A stretch of 64,000 bases of DNA from Clostridia bacterium (GTDB taxonomy: Bacteria > Bacillota > Clostridia > Christensenellales > CAG-138): assembly GCA_017525875.1 (NCBI GenBank), contig JAFXSG010000004.1, positions 76,738-140,737 of the forward strand, read 5' to 3'. Shown here piece by piece: positions 37,101 to 43,629 of this stretch (position 1 is the stretch's first letter; each line of letters begins with the position of its first letter). The position numbers and the translations under genes were made by a program. The notes beneath the pieces were generated by a model. The model was not told where the DNA came from. It made no database searches and saw nothing but the letters and a program-made list of their open reading frames with translations.

Positions 37101-38593
37101 TCCAGCTGATCGACGACAGCACCATTGTCGGCTCCATCCGCCTCGGCGTCATCATGCCCAATGAGGCGTTCACCGCGAACGGCCTGCTGTTCACCGCAAC
37201 CTTCCGCGCGAAGGACGATGCGGCACCCGGCTTCTATGACTTCGTTCCCGAAGTGACCGAGTTCCGCAACTTCCCCGTTGACGGTCAGCCCACCGACATC
37301 GAGTACACCGCTGTTCTCGACACCACCGAGATCGTCGCTCCCATCGAGACCGAAACTCCCATCGAGGGCGTGACCTTCATGGTCATGTCTCCCGACCAGG
37401 TAATGCAGGGCGAAGAGTTCACCGTTGAAGTAGCTGTTCACGGCGACTATGAAGCACACGGCCTGAACTACGCTCTCGCGTATGACGACAGCGTATTCGA
37501 GATCGTCGGCGTCGATACCGACACCGCGGTCCTCAACCAGGTCACCGACCTCGGCGGCGCATACGTCGTCGACTACGAGACCATCCCCGGTTCTCTCCGC
37601 CTCGGCTACATGATGCCCACTGACGGCGTTACCGCTCAGGGCCAGATGCTCGAGATCACCTTCCGCGCTAAGGAAGACGCGGCTCCCGGCCTGTATGACT
37701 TCACTCAGACCGTTGAGTCCTTCCGTTACTTCCCGCTCGACGCTGAGGAAGGCGTTGAGATCCCCTACACCTGCGAGGATGACACCACCGAGATCGTTGA
37801 GAACAACGAGGCAGTCTTCACCGTTGAGTCCCCCGATGAGGTCCAGCGCGGTGAGGAGTTCCAGGTGACCGTTTCCATCAGCGGCAACTACCCCGAAGCA
37901 CACGGCCTGACCTTCGCTCTCAACTATGACGACAGCGTATTCGAGTTCGTCTCCGCAGAGAACGGCGACAAGCTCAACGAGTGCGTTGCGCTCGGCGGCG
38001 TTGTAGCTATCGACGGCGAGACCATCGTCGGCTCCGTCCGTCTCGGCGTTGCGATGCCCACCGACGGCTTCACCGGCGACGGCGTCCTGTTCACCGCGAC
38101 CTTCCGCGCGAAGGACGATGCGGCTGCCGGCCTCTATGAGTTCGCTCCCGAAGTCATGGCGTTCCGCACCTTCCCGGTAGACGCTGAGGAAGGCGAGGAC
38201 ATCCCGTACACCGAGATCGAGGACTACACCGAGATCGTTGACGAGATCGTCACCCCCGAGCCCACCGACGAGCCCACCGTTCCTCCGACCGAGGAGCCCA
38301 CCGTTCCTCCGACCGATGAGCCCACCGTTCCTCCGACCGAGGAGCCCACCGTTCCTCCGACCGAGGAGCCCACCGTTCCTCCGACCGAGGAGCCCACTGA
38401 GGAGCCCACCGAGGAGCCCACTGAGGAGCCCACCGAGGAGCCCACTGAGGAGCCCACCGAGGAGCCCACTGAGGAGCCCACTGAGGAGCCCATCCCGACC
38501 CCGCCGACCGGCACCATCGCACTTGTTGGCGTTGGCATCGCCGCGATCGTCGCAGGCGCAGGCATCGTCCTCTTCAGGAAGAAGGAAGACTGA
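34121..38593 (+). CDS. Cell-surface scaffoldin-like protein: 4 cohesin domains, 3 cleaved-adhesin/choice-of-anchor-J-like modules, 1 unassigned module, P/T/E linker, C-terminal anchor
   Basis: Signal peptide aa 1-24. Cohesins about aa 27-165, 929-1072, 1080-1226 and 1229-1373 (V.F.V.S...V..GE.F.V.V....EAH.L.....YD...FE). Adhesin-like modules aa 352-515, 543-708 and 735-911 (AGYYFE..W.F.D.DGDG..W; NPDNWAISPEVTLP). TPPTG plus a hydrophobic helix plus RKKED at the C-terminus. Confidence 0.8.
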   Translation: MKRFFATLLAALMVISLVSIPVAAEGEVVFTADTVTGVLPGDDVSVPVYIEGENFEAHTLNMYVEYDTAALTLNSITKGDIVSDATMCIPDVSSEPGKAKFGFLYVTDGFTQSGTLFTMNFTVNAEATEDVPLHVVVVEFVNLPVNGTATPIPFVTEDGLVDLDVEPVETEAPATEEPVEHTLDEALNVSGGELHFVSEGTYPWIVVEEGDRLFAQSGNGGVSSSSSTLTLTVVCEEGDTLTFEYKAFGEGTNSYWDHCDFYVDNTRVLYYGALQNDWTEFTTDPLTAGEHTFTWSYTKDSSVNPNGDYFAVDNVELTEGEPVVTEEPVVTEEPVVTEEPTTPPETEAPVSGLIAGYYFETEEEANEWTFEDQDGDGYTWRWLCYNVNYSYESAYEGYGLLSSDSYNSAWGGALNPDNWAISPEVTLPADTASVTMYLSAQDASWSDEIFQVYARSTTRGEWVALADEDFTATGEYLQYSFDLADFLDDTVQIAVRHYNCTDMFRLNLDQVEFWGEGGEPVVTEEPVVTEEPTTPPETEAPVSGLIAGYYFETEEEVNEWTFTGTNETNWVWSVNNPGGYDYTEFAHEGERFIMSYSFVDYVGAYQANNWAVSPAVTLPNGTASVTFYASNANSSYPEAFSLYVGTSPDTASMDLIEANIAPSTGYEDPWTYYEFDLSDYAGQTIYLAFYDECYDMYEIWIDQVEFWGEGGEPVVTEEPVVTEEPIVTEVPGEEEFIAGYYFETRDEVNEWTFVDANNDGFNWMWNIDYTYEDLSGVAYEGEGFITSESYSNDPDYSVQPKYGAIDADNYAVSPAVTLPDGTARMTFYATTFGNYGYEHLAVYAGLTPDPADMTVVMPETEIFATTTDSVNYAQYEVDLSAFAGETVYVAIRHFNSYDYFLVGVDQVEFWGTGAQPVETETPVETPTPIEGVAFTVESPEQVQRGETFDVTVSLEGEYEAHTLNFMLNYNADAFELVSTAAGNVLDQVNEIGGFQLIDDSTIVGSIRLGVIMPNEAFTANGLLFTATFRAKDDAAPGFYDFVPEVTEFRNFPVDGQPTDIEYTAVLDTTEIVAPIETETPIEGVTFMVMSPDQVMQGEEFTVEVAVHGDYEAHGLNYALAYDDSVFEIVGVDTDTAVLNQVTDLGGAYVVDYETIPGSLRLGYMMPTDGVTAQGQMLEITFRAKEDAAPGLYDFTQTVESFRYFPLDAEEGVEIPYTCEDDTTEIVENNEAVFTVESPDEVQRGEEFQVTVSISGNYPEAHGLTFALNYDDSVFEFVSAENGDKLNECVALGGVVAIDGETIVGSVRLGVAMPTDGFTGDGVLFTATFRAKDDAAAGLYEFAPEVMAFRTFPVDAEEGEDIPYTEIEDYTEIVDEIVTPEPTDEPTVPPTEEPTVPPTDEPTVPPTEEPTVPPTEEPTVPPTEEPTEEPTEEPTEEPTEEPTEEPTEEPTEEPTEEPIPTPPTGTIALVGVGIAAIVAGAGIVLFRKKED
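35129..35230 (+). repeat. Intragenic 102-bp direct repeat, copy A
   Basis: Differs at 3 positions from 35705-35806 by manual alignment (linker plus the start of the adhesin-like module). Confidence 0.85.
35705..35806 (+). repeat. Intragenic 102-bp direct repeat, copy B
   Basis: Near-identical to 35129-35230. A more diverged third copy starts near 36250. Confidence 0.85.
38258..38492 (+). repeat. Tandem repeats in the linker: 24-bp unit x5, then 12-bp unit about x8-9
   Basis: gagcccaccgttcctccgaccgag units (PTEEPTVP) followed by gagcccac[ct]gag units (EEPT). Confidence 0.9.
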
Positions 38594-38625
38594 TAACAGC
38601 CATACGGAGCATTAGCTCCTGAGAA

Positions 38626-38660
38626 GAACCCCGACCGGGCGACCGGCCGGGGTTCTTTAT
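38626..38660 (+). terminator. Rho-independent terminator after the scaffoldin gene
   Basis: GAACCCCG (38626-38633) / CGGGGTTC (38648-38655), then TTTATTT. Confidence 0.7.
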
Positions 38661-38694
38661 TTCGGCAAAAACGGAGTTCGATAATAAAAAAGTG

Positions 38695-38723
38695 TTGCGG
38701 GCGTCGACAGTTTGTGATATAAT
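38695..38723 (+). promoter_or_regulatory. Extended -10 promoter for the dockerin-protein gene
   Basis: TTGCGG (38695-38700), 17-nt spacer, TGaTATAAT (38715-38723). Confidence 0.6.
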
Positions 38724-38841
38724 CACTGTTTGACGGGCCAACGCGCGGCGGCCGATTTTTTCAAACGATCCTTCTGCGCGGCATCCCGAAAGCCTGCGGT
38801 ACCCCCGCTGCCAAATTCACAGAACAACGAAAGGGAACCCA

Positions 38842-39924
38842 ATGAAAAAGATCTTTGCATTCCTCCTCGCAGCAGCGCTGCTCCTCTGCACCGGCCTCGT
38901 CGTTGCCGAAACCATCTCCGGCACGGCGCCCGTCACCAAGGATCCGGTGAAGCTCGAGGGCTACTCCATCGGCGACAGGACCGGCGACACGGTAGGTAAA
39001 TGGATCGCCTTTACGGACGATAACCCCTCCGAGGTCGAGACGCTGACCGCCAACCTCACCACCTATGCCGCGGCGTGCGTCGGAGACTATCTCTACGGCT
39101 ATTGCTACGGCTACAACGCCGCCGGCGAGCTGATCACCGATTTCTACTATGTGGATATGAGGACCCACGTCACTATGTATCCCGGCGCCAATTCCGGCAG
39201 CGAATTTGTCTTCGGCATGGCCTATAACAGGCTCGATGAGACCATGTACGCGCTCGTCGACGAGGATCATCCCTACGTTGCGACGGTCGACCTCGAGACC
39301 GCCGAGCTGACCCGCGTCGTCGATATCGACCTCGGCAGTTATCTCGGCCTGATGACCTTTGCGATCGACGGTGAAGGCAACTTCCTCGCGCTCGCCATGT
39401 CCGCCCTCAGCTCCCGCCTGCTGAAGATCGATATGCAGACCGGAGCCCTGACCGAGGTCGGCAACACCGGCATCCCCTGCTACTACGCGCAGTCCATGAC
39501 CTATGATTACGATACCGACAGGATCTACTGGGCACAGTGCGAGAGCCCCACTTCAAGCGGACTGTATTGGCTCGATCCGCGCACCGCGGAGGCGACCTCC
39601 TGCGGCCAGATCGGTCCGGACGGTATTGAAGTAACGGCGCTGTACGTTGCGCCGGAGCTTGGGGATGAGCCCGATCCCTCCCCGGAACCCACCGAGACCC
39701 CTATCGAGACCGAGACTCCGATCGAATACATGCTGGGCGACGTCGACGCGGACGGCGAAGTCACCATCTCTGACGCGATCCTTGCGATGCGCAGCTCCAT
39801 CGGCACTATCGAGCTCGATGAAGCCCAGATCCTCGCTGGCGACGTCAACCTTGACGGTGCCGTCGACGTTACGGACGCGCTGCTCATCATGCGCTACGCC
39901 ATGGACCTGATCCAGAGCTTCTGA
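38842..39924 (+). CDS. Secreted dockerin-containing protein with a beta-propeller-like N-terminal domain
   Basis: Signal peptide. C-terminal type-I-like dockerin with two Ca-loop segments, GDVDADGEVTISDAILAMR and GDVNLDGAVDVTDALLIMR (nt about 39730-39915). P/E/T linker. N-terminal domain unassigned. Confidence 0.8.
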   Translation: MKKIFAFLLAAALLLCTGLVVAETISGTAPVTKDPVKLEGYSIGDRTGDTVGKWIAFTDDNPSEVETLTANLTTYAAACVGDYLYGYCYGYNAAGELITDFYYVDMRTHVTMYPGANSGSEFVFGMAYNRLDETMYALVDEDHPYVATVDLETAELTRVVDIDLGSYLGLMTFAIDGEGNFLALAMSALSSRLLKIDMQTGALTEVGNTGIPCYYAQSMTYDYDTDRIYWAQCESPTSSGLYWLDPRTAEATSCGQIGPDGIEVTALYVAPELGDEPDPSPEPTETPIETETPIEYMLGDVDADGEVTISDAILAMRSSIGTIELDEAQILAGDVNLDGAVDVTDALLIMRYAMDLIQSF

Positions 39925-39937
39925 TCGAATGAATAAG

Positions 39938-39964
39938 AAAAGCCTGCCGTCGGCAGGCTTTTTG
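39938..39964 (+). terminator. Terminator after the dockerin-protein gene
   Basis: AGCCTGCCG-t-CGGCAGGCT, then TTTT. Confidence 0.7.
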
Positions 39965-39973
39965 CTTTGCATG

Positions 39974-39996
39974 AAAAAGGGGAGTTTGGGCTCCCC
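39974..39996 (-). terminator. Terminator after recA
   Basis: Minus-strand GGGGAG-cccaaa-CTCCCC, then TTTTT. Confidence 0.65.
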
Positions 39997-40009
39997 TTTG
40001 CTGTTGTTA

Positions 40010-41050
40010 TCAATCCTCGTCCGGGATCGAATCCTCATCATCGCTCACAGGCGCGGAAGGATCGTGCGAATCGTCGATGATGGCGCGCAGCTTGGTCTCT
40101 ATCTCCTGCGCGACCTCGGGGTTGTCCTTGAGGAATGCGCGGGCATTCTCACGGCCCTGACCGATGCGGATATCGCCGCAGGAGAACCAGGCGCCGGTCT
40201 TGTTGATGAGCTTCTTCTCAACGCCCATGTCGAGGATGGAGCCCTCTTTGGAGATGCCCTCGCCGTAGATGACGTCGAACTCCGCGGTGCGGAACGGCGG
40301 TGCGACCTTGTTCTTGACGACCTTTACGCGGGTGCGGTTGCCGACGGCCGAATTGCCCTGCTTGAGCGTGTCGACGCGGCGAACGTCCAGACGGACGGAG
40401 GAGAAAAACTTGAGCGCCTTGCCGCCGGTCGTGGTCTCGGGGTTGCCGAACATGACGCCGACTTTTTCGCGCAGCTGGTTGATGAAGATGACGCAGGTGT
40501 TCGTTTTGCCGATGACGCCGGCGAGCTTGCGCAGCGCCTGGCTCATGAGCCTTGCCTGGAGGCCGACGTGGGAATCGCCCATGTCGCCCTCGAGCTCCGC
40601 CTTCGGAACGAGCGCGGCGACGGAGTCCACAACGATGACGTCGATAGCACCGCTGCGAACGAGCGCGTCTGCAATGTCGAGCGCCTGCTCGCCGTCGTCG
40701 GGCTGGGCGATGAACAGCTTGTCCATGCAGATGCCGAGCTTTTCGGCGTAGACCGGGTCGAGCGCGTGCTCCGCGTCGATAAAGACGCACATGCCGCCGC
40801 TCTTTTGCGCTTCCGCGATTATGTGCAGCGCGAGCGTGGTCTTACCGGAGGATTCCGGGCCGTAGATCTCGATGATGCGGCCGCGAGGCACGCCGCCCAC
40901 GCCGAGCGCGGCGTCCAGCTCGATGCAGCCGGTGGAGATGACGTCGATCTTGATCTTCGAGGCGGCGTCGCCCATCAGCATGATCGCGCCTTTGCCGTAT
41001 TGCTTCTCGATCTGGCTGAGTGCGATTTCGAGTGCTTTTTCCTTAGACAT
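40010..41050 (-). CDS. recA: Recombinase RecA
   Basis: [20 protein letters not shown]-loop [12 protein letters not shown], full-length 346 aa. Confidence 0.97.
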   Translation of the reverse strand: MSKEKALEIALSQIEKQYGKGAIMLMGDAASKIKIDVISTGCIELDAALGVGGVPRGRIIEIYGPESSGKTTLALHIIAEAQKSGGMCVFIDAEHALDPVYAEKLGICMDKLFIAQPDDGEQALDIADALVRSGAIDVIVVDSVAALVPKAELEGDMGDSHVGLQARLMSQALRKLAGVIGKTNTCVIFINQLREKVGVMFGNPETTTGGKALKFFSSVRLDVRRVDTLKQGNSAVGNRTRVKVVKNKVAPPFRTAEFDVIYGEGISKEGSILDMGVEKKLINKTGAWFSCGDIRIGQGRENARAFLKDNPEVAQEIETKLRAIIDDSHDPSAPVSDDEDSIPDED

Positions 41051-41076
41051 AAAAACCTCCGTTAAAAGGATTCGTA

Positions 41077-41637
41077 CTATTTGATTATACCATATTGCTG
41101 CGCGCTTTGCACCAGTTTTTTAAGCATGATCACGGCTTGCCTGTTCGTTTTTTTGCGCACCTCGGTCCTGTTTCCGGAGAAAACGCAGCGGCGGACGCAC
41201 GCACCGCCCGCATAGGCGGCGGCGACGAACACGAGCCCGCGCTCGTGCCGGGGATCCATCGGGTAGGGGACGCCGTTTTCATCCTCGAACGGCCCTGCGA
41301 GCCCCGTCACGGCAACGGCGTAATCGGCGCCGCTCCGATGGAGAGCGCCCTGCGCCATCGCCATAGCCACCTCGGAGGAAACGGCTGTGTGCTTTGAAAT
41401 GAGCATATAGGGAACGCCCAGCCGCATGATCTTCGCCTCGTTTGAATAGGTCACGAACCCGTCCGAAAACCAGTCGGAGCTGCCGGGGATATCCACGAAT
41501 GACGAACAGATCATCCCGCCTGTCAGGCTCTCGGCGGCGGTCACAAACTGACCTTGGCTCGTGAGCATACGGGCAAGCTCCGTATTCGTTCTGCGGATCT
41601 CCTCTTCGATCGCGGCAATGCTTTCGTTCTTATCCAT
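41077..41637 (-). CDS. CinA C-terminal-domain protein / nicotinamide-nucleotide amidohydrolase PncC-like
   Basis: [36 protein letters not shown] motif. Position between pgsA and recA. Confidence 0.8.
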   Translation of the reverse strand: MDKNESIAAIEEEIRRTNTELARMLTSQGQFVTAAESLTGGMICSSFVDIPGSSDWFSDGFVTYSNEAKIMRLGVPYMLISKHTAVSSEVAMAMAQGALHRSGADYAVAVTGLAGPFEDENGVPYPMDPRHERGLVFVAAAYAGGACVRRCVFSGNRTEVRKKTNRQAVIMLKKLVQSAQQYGIIK

Positions 41638-41640
41638 GTT

Positions 41641-42234
41641 TTATTTATTATTGAACAGCTCGCGGGATGCGTAGGTGTAGTCGATGCCGGACCAGATCGT
41701 GAGGGCGACGGCGGCGCAGATCAGGATGAAATCGACCGGGACGCCGATCGCGCGGAAGAGCTGCCCGCAGCCGAGCGTGATCAGGATGGCAAAGAACTGA
41801 AGCGTGGTCTTGGCCTTGCCGATGGGCTTTGCGGCGATCACAATGCCCTTAGAAGAGGCGAGCTGGCGGATGCCGCTGATGAAGAGCTCACGCGCGATGA
41901 TGATGATCGTGAATACGGGCAGAAGGAAGTTGCCCGTGCTCATGACCTCGAACCTGCAGAGCATGATGAGCGCTGCGGAGGTCAAAAGCTTATCCGCGGT
42001 GGGGTCCATCAGCTTGCCGAAATCCGTAACGAGACCGCGCTTTCTCGCGATGTTGCCGTCAAGCGTGTCCGTAACGTACGCGGCGAGGAAAACGACGGCC
42101 GCGATGACGTACTTGAGCTGGATATCGACTCCGTTCACGGCGCCGAGCGTCCATGCCCCGGGCAGATAGAAGCAGACGATGAACAGCGGGATCATAATGA
42201 TGCGAAGCATCGTGAGTTTGTTGGGAAGGTTCAT
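41641..42234 (-). CDS. pgsA: CDP-diacylglycerol--glycerol-3-phosphate 3-phosphatidyltransferase
   Basis: CDP-alcohol phosphatidyltransferase motif DTLDGNIARKRGLVTDFGKLMDPTADK. N-terminal NLPNKLTMLRI. Confidence 0.9.
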   Translation of the reverse strand: MNLPNKLTMLRIIMIPLFIVCFYLPGAWTLGAVNGVDIQLKYVIAAVVFLAAYVTDTLDGNIARKRGLVTDFGKLMDPTADKLLTSAALIMLCRFEVMSTGNFLLPVFTIIIIARELFISGIRQLASSKGIVIAAKPIGKAKTTLQFFAILITLGCGQLFRAIGVPVDFILICAAVALTIWSGIDYTYASRELFNNK

Positions 42235-42246
42235 ATTTTCCTCCGA

Positions 42247-43611
42247 TCATTCATGTTGATTCTCGATGACTGCGTCGAGATCGTACTGATGCGCCTTGGT
42301 GATCCTCGCGCGGACATAATCGCCGGGCAGGATAAGCCTCTTCGGGCGTGACCCGCTTTCGGGAGTGAGGCGGACGACGCCATCCACGTCCGCGGCTTCG
42401 GCATACGAACGGCCGACCGCCGTAAAGCCCGCCGGGCCTTCGCTCACGCTCTCAACGAGCACCGTGGTCTCCGTGCCGACGCGCCTGCGGTTCAGCTCAA
42501 GGCTGATCCTCTGCTGCTGCCGCATGACCGCGTCGAGCCTGCGCTCGGCGACCTCTTCGGGCACCTGGTCCGGCATCTCCGCGGCGGGCGTGCCGTCCTC
42601 AGGAGAGTAGACGAACGCGCCGATGCGGTCGAAGGGATGCTCCCTGAGGAACTCCATCAGTTCCCGGAAATCCTCCTCGGTCTCGCCGGGGAAGCCGAGC
42701 ATGACCGTGGTGCGCAGGATGAAATCCGGCGCGTTTTTGCGGATATAGCTGCAGATCCTGCGTATATGCTCGGCACTGCCGTGGCGGTTCATCGCGCGGA
42801 GCATGCGCTCCGAGATATGCTGGATGGGGATGTCGATATAGTTCACGATCTTGGGATCGTCGCGCATGGCGTCCACAAGCTCCTCGGTGATCGTGTTCGG
42901 GTAGGCGTAGAGCACGCGGATCCAGCGGAGACCGTCGATCTTTGAAAGCTCCGCAAGCAGTTCACGGAGCATCGGCCTGCCGTAAAGGTCCGTGCCGTAG
43001 GCGGAGGTGTCCTGAGCGATGACGGTCAGCTCCGTCACGCCGGACGCGGCGAGCGCCCGGGCTTCTTCCACGAGCTTTTCCATCGGGACGCTGACCCTGC
43101 CGCCGCGGATGAGGGGGATCGCGCAGTAGGTGCAGCGGTTGTCGCAGCCGTCCGCGATCCTCAGATATGCCCGGTAGGGCGGGGTGGAGATTAGGCGGGT
43201 GCAGTCTCCGCAGCGGATCGCGCCGCGCGCGGGGGAGGACGCTCCGTCCATGCCCACTCGGGCGGCAAGCTCACGCGCAAAAGCGGGGTAATCCTTCACG
43301 CCCCAGAACATATCCACCTCAGGCAGCTCCTCGCGCAGCTCCTTTGGATAGCGCTGGCTGAGACAGCCCGTGACGGCAAGCAGCCTGCAGCTGCCCGCGG
43401 CCTTGAAGCGGGCCATTTCGAGAATGGTGTCGATCGAGTCCTGCTTTGCGCTCGTGATGAAGCCGCAGGTGTTCACGATGATGATCTCCGCCTCCGCGGG
43501 ATCGGAGACGGCGGTGAAGCCGAGGCCTGAGAGCTCGCCAAGCATGATCTCGGTATCGACCGTGTTTTTGCTGCAGCCCAGGGAGACTGCGCCGACTTTT
43601 ACAGAATTCAT
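42247..43611 (-). CDS. rimO: Ribosomal protein S12 methylthiotransferase RimO
   Basis: UPF0004 N-domain (LGCSKNTVDTE), radical-SAM CDNRCTYCAIP, C-terminal TRAM-like domain. Confidence 0.88.
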   Translation of the reverse strand: MNSVKVGAVSLGCSKNTVDTEIMLGELSGLGFTAVSDPAEAEIIIVNTCGFITSAKQDSIDTILEMARFKAAGSCRLLAVTGCLSQRYPKELREELPEVDMFWGVKDYPAFARELAARVGMDGASSPARGAIRCGDCTRLISTPPYRAYLRIADGCDNRCTYCAIPLIRGGRVSVPMEKLVEEARALAASGVTELTVIAQDTSAYGTDLYGRPMLRELLAELSKIDGLRWIRVLYAYPNTITEELVDAMRDDPKIVNYIDIPIQHISERMLRAMNRHGSAEHIRRICSYIRKNAPDFILRTTVMLGFPGETEEDFRELMEFLREHPFDRIGAFVYSPEDGTPAAEMPDQVPEEVAERRLDAVMRQQQRISLELNRRRVGTETTVLVESVSEGPAGFTAVGRSYAEAADVDGVVRLTPESGSRPKRLILPGDYVRARITKAHQYDLDAVIENQHE

Positions 43612-43629
43612 ACGGTTATCCTTTACAGG

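Noticed and set aside
34166-37903. 1245-aa ORF on the minus strand, antisense to the scaffoldin gene
   Set aside because: It is entirely contained within, and antisense to, a gene with clear domain structure. Its translation is low-complexity (G/V/D/A-rich) with no motifs, RBS or promoter. This is the typical shadow ORF of GC-rich coding DNA.
41051-41110. LexA (Cheo-type GAAC-N4-GTTC) box upstream of recA
   Set aside because: A TATAAT-like -10 is visible, but no GAAC-N4-GTT[CT] motif could be found in the 60 nt upstream of the start.
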